Below the pieces are notes generated by a model, which was given only the letters and a program-made list of their open reading frames with translations, had not been told where the DNA came from and ran no database searches. From NCBI GenBank assembly GCA_003614675.1, contig ML002325.1:1-41637 (forward strand): a DNA stretch of 41,637 nt, given 5' to 3'. Source of the DNA: Dimargaris cristalligena (lineage: Eukaryota). Made by a program: the position numbers and the translations under genes. Below are positions 21,679 through 35,701 of this stretch, piece after piece. Positions within the stretch are counted from its first letter, which is position 1. The number at the start of each line of letters is the position of its first letter.

Positions 21679-23282
21679 TCGATAGGAGCGGTTTGCTGGT
21701 ATATTGAAATGACTTGTGCTAGGCCTTGGTCGGGAGCGTAAAGTTATTGAGAAGGCAACAATAGTAGCTAGCGAATTGAAGGGTCTCGACGTACAAGTGT
21801 TCACTAATGGTTGCAAATCTATGGCTTGTATTAGCAGGAAGACAGCGAGACTTTTACCAATAACAACCAGGGCTTCTAGGCTATTTATGTGTCTTACGAC
21901 ATAGCCATAAAGTGCGCCATCCCCACCCTCTCCAATTTGAATGTTCCACCAGCTCAGGGGTTGGGGCGATGTCCATTGGGAGGTCAGTTGAATTTTATTT
22001 AAACAAGTATCATTTCTAGCATTGAGTAGCACGCAGATGGATAAAGTAATATTATATATCATCTACTCTTTTAAAATAGCCTACGACTATGCGCATTACT
22101 AAAATATATTTTGTAGAGAAAGTGCATGGTGTTAAGTTTACGGTCAGAAGGGTGAGGGTCGACTGCTGCTATGACATACCCTGGATATTTCAAAATGCCT
22201 GAGCGGCAGGTATAGATGTTGTGTTTGCCAAGTAATAGTAGAGTAAATACACAATCACTAATGCTGCGATCGGAAATAATTAATACGTATATATAATGTG
22301 GAAGCCCTGCAATAACTAAAGAAAACGTACTAAAGTAATTGTCGGGCATTTGTTATTGATAAACATAAATGTTAATTCCTGGCCCTACTAGCCTTACCTT
22401 ACGGTAGTGCTGACCTTGCCATTTTCTAAGCCTTACCATGTACCGCTTGCCTGTTTCGAGGCAAAGGAAATGGGCTGAACTACAAAATATGATAATGCGA
22501 AGAACCGTGGGTCTAAAGGGATATCAGCTGAGGAATACTCATAACCAAGTGACGATGTGAATGCATCTAGCCCGGGAATAACTAGCCGCTGTAAGTGTAC
22601 ATTCGACCCTACTCTACGCCTACAATATTCACCTAGAGACCGCTTGGAAGAGCTTGGTGTAGCGTATTCGCAGAGCCCATTGGTATGGCCCACGCGCCGC
22701 GAAGGGCCGTTTTACCTTCAACCTGTTCTCTATTCACACGATCTTCGGCCTTGCCATTTACAGGGAAGATCCCCTAAGACCGTAGTGTTTCAATAGCGCG
22801 AATAAAGATTAAATAAAAAGGGATATACCCATAGTCGCTGCAAAGGGTAGAAAGTGGAAGTTTTTGACCTCCATGTGCGTCCCTTATTCAAGGGTTACGG
22901 TTGGGGGATTTTGGTTTAGTAGGTACTACAACCTTTTCCGAATAGGGGTGGCTGACCATTTCGTATTCTGAAAAACCATGTGCCTTGCTACTTTCCGCAT
23001 TGAAAATCATTTACCGTGGCCCAACTGGGCGGACAGGTATCCTCAAGAATAAAAAAACCACAAGAATGTTGGTGATGAGGGGCTCAACAACTTATGTTAC
23101 GAGTATATAACATACATTATTCTCCTGTCTAGTGTTCTAATCATTTCACAGCGAACTATTCAAGGTCAAGTTATTCGACCCCATTGTGACTCGCGCTCAT
23201 AAAACATATATTTTTTTGGGCCACTCTTTAGTTACCAATCCCCTTACTTCGTCGTCCCTCGTGTATTACTACTTAGTCCAAC

Positions 23283-25011
23283 ATGGGAGTGCCCGTTACA
23301 ATGTCTTTAGTCTGGCTGCACCTACTGGCTATTGTCGCCACCACAACGGTTGCCGGTGTTTCCCAATCGATTTATCACCCGGCCATGGTAATTTCCGGTA
23401 AACCAGAAGTCAATACGCGCGGGACAGACTGGTCGGGAGGCTACCAGCTCCCTCCGAAGAGGTTTGTCACTATGTCACCAGTGCTTAGTTCGGACATACC
23501 CGACGAACCGGCGTGGATTAAAAAGGACAGCAGCATTCGCGTCCCCAAGATTCAGATTTCCCAGGTAAATATCCTACTATTTTGATTTTTCTATAGCATG
23601 TCCTCGTACTTTGTATAAACGTTCGAGCCAATTCGCTTTCCTCGTCAAGCTTGGCTCGGGGTATAGCAATCAGTAGCGCACACTCGCCACTCCGAGAAAC
23701 CACTTCCGTCCGCACATTAAAACCAATATATAATAATATTTTTGAACTTTGCCTAATTCCTCACAGTTTACGGCCATTTTGAATAAGAAAAACGAAGATA
23801 GTGATATATTCTGGAGTCAAGCTAGCTGGGACGAATTTGCCCGCGAGCTCGAGGTGGCCGCACCCTTGGAAACCCGCGACACCTACTTTGCTGAATTGAG
23901 CAACTATCTAGGCACTACTTACGGCTATACCCCCAGCCCCCGACCCAGTCCCATGAGCGGAATGTCTATTGATCCCTCCAGCGACATTCCCTCCGAGTAT
24001 ACCCAAATGCTGCGTCGTATTGAAGGTAACCACCACCTGTCCCTCAACTCACGCGTGGTCGTCAATCTCGACCAGCTCCAGCTCGATGAGATTCTCCGCA
24101 ATTTCCCTTTGGTGACTTCGGCTACCTGTAAGACTCTGTTGGGGCTATTTAAACTCATGTTGGCCGCGGAGTCCAACCCGGTGGCAGGTACCGTGTTGAG
24201 GGACACCCTTGAAATCTACAAGAAGTTCCCGGACCACACCCTACTTGCTCCCAAGTACTTTTTGACGGTGGCCGACCGCATCATCATGGTGACCTTGTGG
24301 TGGTTTTACCGGATCGGGCAGGTCGACAATGTGGCCCACTTTATCGAGTCGGCCGGGAAATATACGCTGAATAGCCCAATCTACCGACCAGCCTCCTTCA
24401 AACTAGCCGGTTTATTCGTTCGCTACGCCCAGCTGGCTATTACGCCGGCCACTTTTGAATCAGACCACGATTTCATCCAACGTATCGAGGGCCACTGGGT
24501 TGAAGTGCACACCCAGTTTTTCACTCCCAGTTTCACATTCGCCGAGAGCCGGACGGCTTTCCAAATTTACCTACGTGACCGGGGCCTCACTTCCCCGCTC
24601 CGCTACCTCAATTCCATCTGGGGGGCCGTGGACCCCTACACGAAGAGTATCCCCGCTTGGCCGCACACCGACGACTCGGATTACCAGTGGTTGACCAACG
24701 AAGGTCATTTGTTCACGACCATTCCCTCGGGAACGCTATCGGATTTAGAAGGGATTGATGTGGCGACAGCCCCTCCGGCAGCGTTTCAGGGCGGTATGCC
24801 CACGCCCTACTGGTTCACCACTCCCAAGGAAGACCCTAAGAAAAAGAGTCGCCTGTCTAGCGCAAAGTCGATTAAAACGGTATCGACGGCCTTTTCCAAT
24901 CGTCAGTCTAGTTTGGCAAGCGTCAAGTTGAAGAATAAGACAAGGCGAAGCTCACAAATTATTACCAAAGTTAAGGACTTGTTCAGCTCCAAAAATCGGG
25001 ACACTTATTAG
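23283..25011 (+). CDS. Hypothetical secreted protein, ~508 aa (exons 23283-23564, 23767-25011), Lys/Arg/Ser-rich C-terminus
   Basis: Hydrophobic N-terminus MSLVWLHLLAIVATTTVAG (start at 23283 or 23301). CAG|GTAAAT donor, CCTAAT branch, CACAG acceptor, phase 0 into the 420-aa ORF. Confidence 0.8.
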
Positions 25012-25881
25012 TCCCCACACGTTTTTCCCCCTAAACTATTACAACTACCCGAAATGTTGAGACTATTCCTATTTATAATTCCAACATACTATAATTTACC
25101 GTGTGCTCACTAGTATTATTGAGCTTAATCTAATGAATAAAGATTTTCTGACTAGTAGCCATCCCAGTTGTATACAGGCAGCAAGGGGTATTCTACAGAA
25201 TGTAAAAAAAAACTGACCCTAAATAATATATTACGTGGACCAGGTACAGTATGCACTTAATAAAAATGATTAATCCAATCCCATAAACAGGCTGATTCAA
25301 ATCAAGTCATTGGTAGTGGCTGAGAATATCCTATATAAGGCCTGATGGATCGCATTGATGTTACAATCAGTGAACAACAAAATCCAATGGCAACATTAAA
25401 GTTCGAGGTTGGATTCTTCTCTGTATTCTCCATCGCGTTCCCGTTGCCTAAACGATTGACTGGGACATACGCGTCCCTCTGTACTGATATCAATTGTCAA
25501 TATATCACAGTCCCATGATAAAGCGATTAATCAGTCCAGCACAACCTTCATTTTCTTCATCATAACAAAAAAAACCAAATTCAAGTGAGCCAATCTATAA
25601 TATCTAATGCTCTACTAGCGACAAATAATATTTATTTTTCGTGTGTAGCTCAGAGCAGAAAAATGTATGTGGCAGAGTCCTAAATAGAATATAGCCAGAC
25701 GTATGAAAATATACTGCCTGGTTCAAATTCATGTAGGAGGTGGGTAATCGCTACAATACTGTTCGTGGAACATCCAATTATTTAAACAAATTAACGTACG
25801 AAAGGGAAAAAAAATCAGTCATGGGATTTATATATATATACACTTAATATGATTACAAAACAAATTTAATAAACATGACCC

Positions 25882-25954
25882 GTTTCTATAGTGTAGTGGT
25901 TATCACGTTTGCTTTACATGCAAAAGGTCGCCGGTTCGATCCCGGCTGGAAACA
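25882..25954 (+). tRNA. tRNA-Val(TAC), intronless
   Basis: Acceptor stem GTTTCTA/TGGAAAC with discriminator A, D-arm TAGTGTAGTGGTTATCAC, anticodon arm TTTGC-TT-TAC-AT-GCAAA, T-arm GCCGG-TTCGATC-CCGGC, and a downstream T-run. Confidence 0.97.
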
Positions 25955-28368
25955 TCATATTTTTGGTTAGCTGTATCTTATAGCCATTAATAAAATTATT
26001 CATTTTTGGCAAAACCACGTCAGCCCGCTGGAATAATAGTTGGGCTATAGAAAAATAGAATTATTTTTATCGTTAATGGCTTATTATGGCCAGTATTCGC
26101 AATGGTTTTTTCAAGAATGTATGTATTATTATTAGTTCATCTCTTATATTTTCTAGCAGCAAGGTCACCGAGCATTGCGTTTTACAAACGATAATAGGTA
26201 TATTCGTCCTTGAATCCGAGGTATATCCACCACCAATATGTTGCTTAATACTCTATTGGTAGAGGATACGTGGGCGGATTTCCTATAATACTTTTGTGCC
26301 GATTGTTTTTTCGCATATACCCTCTGGTATAACCATCAATGGTTCTAACGAGAGGGTCGACCTACCAAGGATAGTGTAGACACTTCCCCCATTAGTCTAC
26401 TTTCAAACAGTGGGGTATAAATCTCGGAGTAAGACTCAAAGGTGTTCACAAGCGAAAATGAACTGGTCGCGGCCTAACTCAAGATGTTAAACTCATTATT
26501 CTCTGAATATGACGTTGACCCATATACATTTTAGACACCCATGTTTCCAAAATATTTTGAGTAGACAATTCGTGTGTGCTTTTCTAGTTGGGAACAAGGC
26601 CACTGTGGCAGAAATATTGGACAATATGTAATATTCTTATTTATTCATCTGATAAGTAGTGTCTATAGCTATTTATGGATTATTTTCAGCGTTAAGTTCA
26701 AGGATTGGCAAATCACTTAGGTTATTGCTGGGAAAGGTTGAGGAAGGGAAAAAGGGATACCACGTAAACCATATACCATATACCCAAATAGAAATTAACG
26801 ATACGGTAGAGAGGGGGGATTACCATAAGTACCCCTTTTTTTGTGCAAACCGTATACCCCCATTTTTTAGATCCGTTATAGAAACCCTGAATTAAACTAA
26901 TGGCTATGCTGTAATATTTGAAACGTTCATATATCTTGATTGAGGAAAATTTGGGAGCCATCGATACTTCCGAAAATGGTATAAACCTATTCACGTACGG
27001 GGGAATAGCACATAGCTTCAGTCACTGACCTTTTTACACAAGATTATTACGTAAACGGGGCTCTGACTATGTTTATCTACCTGTGCGTTATGTGTCTAAT
27101 CGATTGTCAAGTAATACAGTAAGTAAGCGACTATCTCCCTAAGCAATTCTCTTGATTCGGGATTTTTAGTTGTATTTTACTCTCGAATCCGACTCTAATT
27201 CATTTTCACAGTATCGTGTAATGCCTTCCACCATGAGCTGCACAACTAATTGACGTATTCCTTCATACATTGCCACCCTATCAACTCCAACCAGTGTCGT
27301 CATACATTTTAGGAGAGAGAGATAAACCATTTAACAAAGTGCATTCGTTTGGCTCGCCACTTCCGGAAATTAGGTGAATTATATGCCCGGCAAATTGCCC
27401 AATTTGGGAATGTTGGCTTCCCTTACACTCATTTTTGGGGAGTGTAACAGGATAGACAGGCTAAGTTCAGTACATTGTGGGCTTTAAATTGGGCGTACTT
27501 GACCTTGAGTTTGGACCACTACCCAAACCCGGTGATGCCATTTTTACTCTTACCTTTTCGGTTACGGCCTCATCGGTCAGCGGTTTCTTTATCGTCTAAA
27601 ATCGCTCCTCCCCCTCTGATGGTGCCTCCCAAGTTCGAGACATTTTCCCCCTCCCAGGGTATTTTTGGTTTACACTAGCTAGCATCCCTGTGACGTCGGC
27701 CCATCGTCTACATTTTCCCACTTCGCCATTTCTCCGGTTAATCGGCCGAGTGAATCGATGTGCGGTCCATCCACTGCCCTTTTTGCATGTAACATGGACG
27801 ATATCGGTAATTACCGGCTGACGAAAACCACAACAAACTGAAACACCTGGAGTGGGGAGGGCGAGTTGCTACTTCGGCAACTATTTAATTCATGGGCCCT
27901 CTGGTGCGTACCCTAGCCGTGTTTCATCATCACCCATTAACGGGGCTCTCGAATGAGACTGTCAGCTTGGCGGAAAGATACGAGGGGGTGGGGACGCTGG
28001 AGAGGGGAAGATCCCGTGATGTGATCGCGAGCCTGGTGTACGTACTTATGATTCGGCCAATTAAGTACATTCGTCATGCGGCTAAATTAATAAGTGAATA
28101 AGTGAATAAAGACAACTGTATGGTCTGACTTTGAAACTTGGCATAATGCCTTGGCGGTCGTGACGAATCCCCCTAATCCAGTTTCAGACTATAGATAGAT
28201 AGCGGAATGAAGCTTACCCATATGGTCCAGTCTAATGGTCGATATTTCGTTCTGCCTAGTTCCTCTCACACCCTTAACATATTCAGGGATTATTATTTTT
28301 TGATTGGACCCAAAAACAATGGTTCCCATTGTCCACGTTTTCATCATGACCCGGGTAATATTTATTAT

Positions 28369-28390
28369 TATATATATATATATATATATA
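28369..28390. repeat. (TA)11 microsatellite
   Basis: Read directly. Confidence 0.9.
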
Positions 28391-31300
28391 TCTACATATA
28401 TATTTGGGGGGAGGGGATCCAAAACTTGGTGTTGAATGCCAAGTCACTACAGTGATGGGTTTGTGTTTAACCGGTCGCTGCAGGAAAGCGACTCCTAAAG
28501 GTTAAAGTAGTGCGAGAACAACGTGCAATCCCATCTCCCCGGCGGGACCTACCTTAACTTAATGGCTAAGTTAATAATAATGCAGGTTTCATTGATATTC
28601 AGTGACCATCAGACCCAACTGCGAGTCACATCGATAACAAAGGGAATACACATGCGTAAGCGGATCTCCTATTTTGGGCTACCATCATCACATTGGCCTT
28701 CACCACCCACCCACCTGAGGTTACATTTACCACCCATTTCAACTTGACTTCCCCATCTAGCCTCACGTTCGCTAAGTTTCTCACACCTCCCATATACCTA
28801 CATCCAGCGACAGAGAGGGGAACGGAGTGAAAAAAAAATAACTTGTGCATCCGTATGACCCCTAGCATGACCTAAACCTTCAGCCATATTAAAAATCAAT
28901 CTGAATTCGGAGGAGAATAAGAGTTGAATGAAGAAGGGGGTATAGTGCGGAAAGTGGGAGTGATGGGAGATGGTAGAGCTCGTAGAGGAGGAGGGGACAG
29001 CGATTAGGATTCTATTCGCAAATACATCGAGTGGAATACTAGTGGCATTAAAAAAGTCAACGGGGAAATCGAACCATCTAAAGTTAGGGATGATCAGTTG
29101 GTAATAGCAAAAACACCACACGCCCTACCAGCCATTTGCATCGGTTGGGGGCAATTTACAGACAGGTATGGATAGAGTAAATACCATGTAGTAGTGCCAT
29201 TTGGCCGATAAAGGCATACCCCTGTTACCTACAATTGGCATTCAGCTGGGAACGGAGGGTGGGGAGGGGGTAGATGTGAATATAATAGTAGGGAAACGTC
29301 CGTGATTACCCCTTTCCGCTAAATGGAATTGAATTGGCGGCCCTTGCAAAAATGGCACAGAGCCTAGTCGTGGAGACGAGGTAGGAGTGTACGAGGTGGC
29401 TTTATCGGTAATAACTGCTACGTAAATCCGGATATCTGTCTACAATGGTCGGTATAGTGCCGACAGGGGGAGGGTGTAGAATTATTAGTCGAATCGCCCA
29501 TTAGGCGGCGTACATAATAAACTCGACGAAGGGCTGTAATAGTGCGGCTTTGTATTTTTGTTATTAGTCTAACCGGCTCAACAACAGATGCCGGTGCTGC
29601 CGATGAGGATGTTTTTTAGGGGGGGAAGGGTGAAGTAACACGAAACAATCTAGTTGAGCCGAGGGAGGGCTTGTGCTCATCTGATGCCTATTCCACTTCC
29701 CATTAAATGGTTATGGTTGGGGATAGCCGAGTATTAGCGGCTCCAACGAGGTCCCCTCCCTACCTTCACAAGCAAAAGTAATGAATGATTTTGGGGAAGG
29801 GAAAACAGCTTTGGGTAAACAATTGGGCGAAGTGGTGGACAGATTCGGTTAGACGCCGGCCGGTTTACCAAATGGGCGGCTGAAACATCCGCAAGGGACC
29901 ATGATAGGGTTGGAGGAAGAGTCGGGGATGGAAGGGTCCGTATTTGTGGTTTGGGATTAACTATCTGACAACCACAAGATGCGGCGCGGGTTTTTCGTCG
30001 CCTCTCTCACTCTCTCTCTCTCTCTCTCCCCTTCTCTCTTCCGCCGCCCCTTGTCTGAAGTGCCAATCACATATTCCTGCACATCTGCCCCAGCCCTATT
30101 ATAGAATTGCCGATATTACTTGTATATCTATCCAGCCGGCTAGTGAAAAGAGGTATAAGGGGTTTAGTAATCAATCCGTTGAATGATGTGTACCAAAAAA
30201 AAATAGGTGGATGAAATCGGGCCTCCTTGCTTTTAACCCTCTCCCATAACTGTTAGAAACATTGCGGACCGTGACACCTCGGGTCGCATACCCTCTCACC
30301 CTCACCCTCACCCTCACATCCATTCAGGGGATTTCTTGTTCATCGAGCCTTGAGCCTGTAGATATGTGATCATTCGCTGGCCCCACGGTCTTGTTCTAAA
30401 AGATTTTTGAATACCGTGACAATCGGCAGCCCCGCCACTGGATCCCGAGGATTTACACGGCACATCCGAGGGGCAATTGGCTGGGCACGAGGGGCGAAGG
30501 TCGCTCAGTAATCGACCATCATTATGTTCGCTTCTCCAATGCAACTGCACCTATCACAGAATGGATCGAGTATCATTCACTTATTACTCAATACATACTA
30601 GGAAAGATGGGGAGAGTTTCAAGTCACCCTCTTCCTTAGGCACTTGCCTGATAACCCCTCCCCCAAAACACACACGCACAATGATCCGACCATCAATTCT
30701 TTAATAACCGCTCAAGATCGCATAACTCTCCCTCAGTTGGGAATCCCTTCAGGAAATTAGGCGGGGGTGTAGCTTCGATGTATCGACCGCATGACTGTGG
30801 TTACTCACCATATGACCTCCTCCGATTTCCTTCAACGTTTCTTGGTGTAAGTAAAGTGAAACGCGAAAAATAATGAAGGGGGTTTAGAATGACCAGCTGA
30901 GTAACCCCCCCCCCTCCTTCGCTCTGTATACACACCAAGCGCTCTCGAATATTACTGGATACGACACGTTCATGAATAGTTTCTTTCATTACTATAGCTT
31001 CCAAGTCACTCAGATTGGATGCGCCCCTTAAGCCAACGAGCAACGCCAAAGTTTAGAAAACCCACTCGCTGATTGGGTATCGGCCCTTCAGCTTCACTCA
31101 GTTTAAGCAATTCAGGATGGACAATCATCACCAGAGATTGGTTGTAAAATAAGTGCGCCCTTCCGCCTGTTTTTAAGCGAGTCAAAATGGTCAGCGTATC
31201 CGTGATCACCGTAGTTTACGGCATTAGGCTACCGCCTCTTTAAATTTACCCTCCCGGTCGCATAGCCTTCGTACTATCTACGAGTGGTTAAAATGCCACC

Positions 31301-31705
31301 AGCTTCCTGGATCAAACTACCACCTCTCTACTTTTCGTGGACTTGGTAGAGCACCAGCCAATCCCTCCTACCATGCCCCCCCTTTGTTAAATGTGTCAAG
31401 CCGTTGACAAGACGATGGAGAAAGTTGTGCGGTCGTACACGACCAGCTGACCTCGAGAAGACCTTTCTCTGCCATACCTGCGTTTGGTATCACACTATAA
31501 TCAGGCCCAAAAAGGCGAGGGTCCCCTCCTCCACCACCATGGCGGGTAGCCGGTGTTGTTAAACAGACCGGCTCAATTGATAGATGCATCGTTGTTGGCG
31601 TTCGAAAAAAGGGGAGGAAGGGCAGGCGCTATCGAAGGCTCGAGAATTTGGCTCTGCAGCTCCCGCCTGTTGGACTATGTGGCACAATTCCAATGGCTCT
31701 GTCCC

Positions 31706-31709
<4 letters not shown>

Positions 31710-31745
<36 letters not shown>
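31710..31745. repeat. (TC)18 microsatellite
   Basis: Read directly. Confidence 0.9.
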
Positions 31746-31748
<3 letters not shown>

Positions 31749-32958
31749 CGCAGCCCCGGCTCATCCCGTTCTTAGCTCTTTTCTTCCTTCTCCTTATACC
31801 ATATCCCCCCCCCTGTAAACGAAAAGAGGAAATTCGGTGGGACAACTTGATGGCGAATAGTACACCAGATTGTGGAGCTATCGTACGAAAGTTTACCTAA
31901 ACGCCCCCGTTTATCCGGACTGGTATTAGATAAAAGTATTTAGCTGGTCGCCAAACGACTATCTCTGCCCCTATCGCTCCGCGAACCGACAACTACTTGA
32001 CTGTGGTACCCTATGGCTTATTTCCACCTGAGCCAGTCGGTTTACGTTGCCCCATACTCGCATTATAGTAGCCTATCACCCGCGCACCCCTCTCCTCCTC
32101 CTCCTCCTGTAATATAGTACACTACTTCAGTGCCGCTAGGTGGTAAGATACCCAATCGGAATAGCCCCCTTGGCTGGACCAAACTGATAGAGCGATACGT
32201 CGGCATCCGATGGTCTAGAGAGACCTAGAGAAAGAAAAGACTACCAACTGTTACTTCTCTCCCGTGCCCCAACTGCCTTTGACACGCCTTGTCGGCCGAA
32301 TTTCCAATGCACGGCTGCATACTAACAAAGTACCGACTGACTAGCGAATGGCCACAAAATAGGCCATCCATGCAGTAGACAGCTGGACAATGTGGAAATA
32401 AATCGTGAGAGGGGGGATTAGCCATGCATTGTTGCATCCCGGAACTCCAGTTGACGCCTGGGGTTTTTTCTATCTTATTTTTATTGGGGGTTGTTTTTTT
32501 TGTTTTAGATAAAAAGGGGGAGGGGTAGGGTAAGTCTTACGACGGAGGCTACATTTCTCCGACGCCATAGAATTAGTTCGGATTGTTATCCCAGTGATCT
32601 TGGATATCAATTATAGCTGCGGCGGACTGCTGGTCGGAATGGCGAGGGTATTGTAATGGTCGAGTAAATCAACGCAAATTACCCGAGCGGGCGGACATGT
32701 CGGGAGGTGAGGGTATGGTATGGTTGATAAAATGTGGCTGGTAACGTGGAGGGTCATTCGCCAAGCCTTGGTTTTATTGTTCAGTTGGTTAGGTTCGGGG
32801 ACATATCCGGTATTTTAACTCGTCAAAGATAAAATTTATTGTAATACAAAAGCTGCCAAACGCCGATGCTGCACTTTCGAAAAAAGGATCAAGACAAAGA
32901 CCTGCAGTCTTCCATATATAAATTATACCTATTGGTTTGGTGTTTTTGAAGGGACGTG

Positions 32959-32988
32959 GGAGGAGGAGGAGGAGGAGGAGGAGGAGGA
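32959..32988. repeat. (GGA)10 microsatellite
   Basis: Read directly. Confidence 0.9.
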
Positions 32989-35526
32989 TGCGAATTGGAA
33001 TCGAGTGAACGAGTGCTGACTTACGTTCGCTGGGGAATATCGGGAAATAATCACATTACCACACACTCCTTTCCTCCAGGAAGAATCGAAGAGTACGCAC
33101 GGGGCTTCAATGAGCCGCCCAGATCGGGGGAATGTGACTGGTCCATCGCTCAGAGAATAATGCGCTTGGTTCATACCCTCGGCTCGGCTGAAGGGCAAAG
33201 ACCCAGCCGGGTTAGTTTGCAAATGGGCAATCCGGACCATAGGAATAAACCCCCTCCGGCCTGTTCTTTGCATGACAGTACGCTATAATAAATAGTCGGG
33301 CACAGTGCAGCGACATGTATTCATTAATATAAGGATATCTTCGGTGTATGTTTCCGAGAGGAGGATGGGGGGTGGGTAAGCAGCCGCCTGTCAGTATGTA
33401 GAAGTTTGTGGGCGGAGGAAGGTATACTGCTTGGTCAACCCCTTTTAGTTATCCGGTGCTGATCAACCGGCAATAAAAGTGTAAATCATCTGTAGATGGC
33501 TCCTAATCATCACTGGGAAAAGCCGGCTAGCTATATAGGAGAAGACGGGTTAGGGGGTAGAACATAAGCAAACCTATGCTCCAGGTGCAGTTGCCGGACT
33601 TTGACCATACTCAATCACCACGCCGGCCTATTCTTTATGATTGGGCGTTGATCTTTAGAAGGCTCTTCTTCCAGGGGGGAGAGTGCGAGAAAAAGGGACG
33701 CGAGTTTCTTATGTGATTCCCCTCCTATACTCTCCTTTGAATAAATCAGCGGGTAGTTCATGGAGTCATAGTCCAACTTTCTAGACCACGATAGGTTAAA
33801 TGACTCGGAGAGGAGGGGGCGAAAAAGAAAGGCGGACGTTAGTCCCAGCTGTTCTCACCCGCCGTAGACTGTTTCTAGCGACCATTATTCCCTCCACCTT
33901 TGTTGAACCGGTAGAAGCATGGCTACTTATACAAACCGTTATCTATGTGTGTGCCTCTACTACATTGACTAACGGACCATTATTCGAATAAATTGTTGGT
34001 TAGAGTTTAATTGAATCGGGTCGGGGTATTGTATAGTAAATTTATCAGATTCTCTACAGACCAGCGGCACTCTGCCTCGTAAATCGTCTACATTAATCAT
34101 TTAACGACGTCCCCGAGCACCCGCTCTAGAGGTGATTAGTTTCAAGCAATCCCTTCGGCTCGCCAGAAGATGTCCTTCCAAACCACCTCCCCGCTATTGG
34201 CTCCTTTTGAGGGCCCGGGGTACCGGTAAAATGGTCGCCCCAAAATTGGTGAAAGGGGCCTAGATAAACCCAGGGTGCATGGCGGGTGAATAGCGCCCTT
34301 ATCGAAGTAACACCGATGGGTGGTACACTGTATTCTAATACAGCTGGTACGACCGCCCACCCTTGTCTTGTACCCTCAGCGATATCTGGTGTTACTTCCA
34401 ACTGTTGGACATCAGCTGTTCCGCGTTCATTGTATTAGGTGCGGGCGACCCCATTGGGACGACCATTGGCTATCCGCCGTGCGAGGGGCAATTTATCAGA
34501 GCGATTAAAGTTGGGCGGGTAATAGCCCACTTCAGGATTTAAGGTGAATAGAATTTCCCCGAATTGTGCTTGGCGGGATGCTTGGTGATAAATCCTCAAA
34601 AACACAATACATTTATTCAAAAAAACTGTGGCTGGAGCAACTCTTCATGAGCCACTTCTTACTAGTTCACCGTTCCGATAGTGGGCAATCCAGCTATCGG
34701 AAGGGTGTTAAAGCACTTCCGGGGCAATTGCATGGAAACGCTACTACTGGGAATGCGGAAGGTGTATCATCCAGGGAGAACAAAGAGTGGGTAATGGGGC
34801 TCGACGGACGAGGGCAATAATACCAAAATGGTCCGGATGCGGGTTCAGGCTCTTTGCAACGCCCTTCAGCCTCGACAGTATCGGGTGGGTATCAGCCCAT
34901 CTCGATAAATTCCAATGCAGTGGGAGTGCCCATCATCCCCTCCAGTATGGATTTTAGGTGGTCTAGCTTAACTGTACTGTGCAGAACTGGGCCAAAACCA
35001 CACTGTACTGGGGGGAGAGGTGGACTGGACAGTCTCCTCCCCCCTCATCCACTGTTTTATTCGGGCTTTACCATTGGAGGAGTAGGAGGGACAGTCCACC
35101 AGTGGGAGGGAAGGGCCAAGTATGAGAGTCACCCGCTTGTTGGATGGGGAGACCAACTCTTTGCCTGGCTCACTGAATTAAACAATAGCGGACAAATTGT
35201 CCCATGGTAGATCCGATGGGACTAAGTAGCCACCACATCAATGAGAGGGGGTGGTATAATAGAGGGAATGAGGTACACACAAAACCCGGTTGCCCAACCA
35301 TTCTGAGAAATGGGGCCCCCCCACCCTGGGCTTTGGAACCCTCTTCCTGCTCTACCTATTGTTGAACCAGGCGACACAGAACGGGAAAGATGTGATCGTC
35401 ACGACCCCTCTCCTCCCCCTCACCAGCTGCCAAGACTCACTAAAGTCTTACGTCCCTCTCTCTCCTCCTCGTCTCATTACGCAGCCAGAGCCAAGCCCGT
35501 CTCTCTCCCCTTTCCAAGTGCTCCAA

Positions 35527-35533
35527 TATAAAA
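35527..35533 (+). promoter_or_regulatory. TATA box (TATAAAA) of the microprotein gene
   Basis: Canonical TATAAAAG followed by a pyrimidine-rich, ATG-free leader to the ATG at 35702. Confidence 0.6.
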
Positions 35534-35701
35534 GCAACCCGGTCGCCCAACCAGTTTGCCTCATCATCATCGCCCGCTCGCTCTTTATACCTCTCTGCCC
35601 GTCTCTATTGACTCGCTTAGGATTCCCGACTACTCTACTGCCCTGCGCTACTCCTCTTCCCGCACCCTCTCTCCCTCCCATACCTTTAAACCCTTTCAGG
35701 C

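Noticed and set aside
21679-22062. N-terminal 128 codons of the 381-aa ORF
   Set aside because: AT-rich and promoter-like. The signal peptide begins at the ATG at 21678.
26340-26994. AT-rich minus-strand fragments (e.g. VNTFESYSEIYTPLFESRL) as a pseudogene or TE relic next to the tRNA
   Set aside because: No recognisable domain or consistent exon chain could be built. A BLASTX would be needed.
31553-33288. ORFs with SLSLSL, RERERE, poly-G or poly-S
   Set aside because: Translations of microsatellites with no coding signal.
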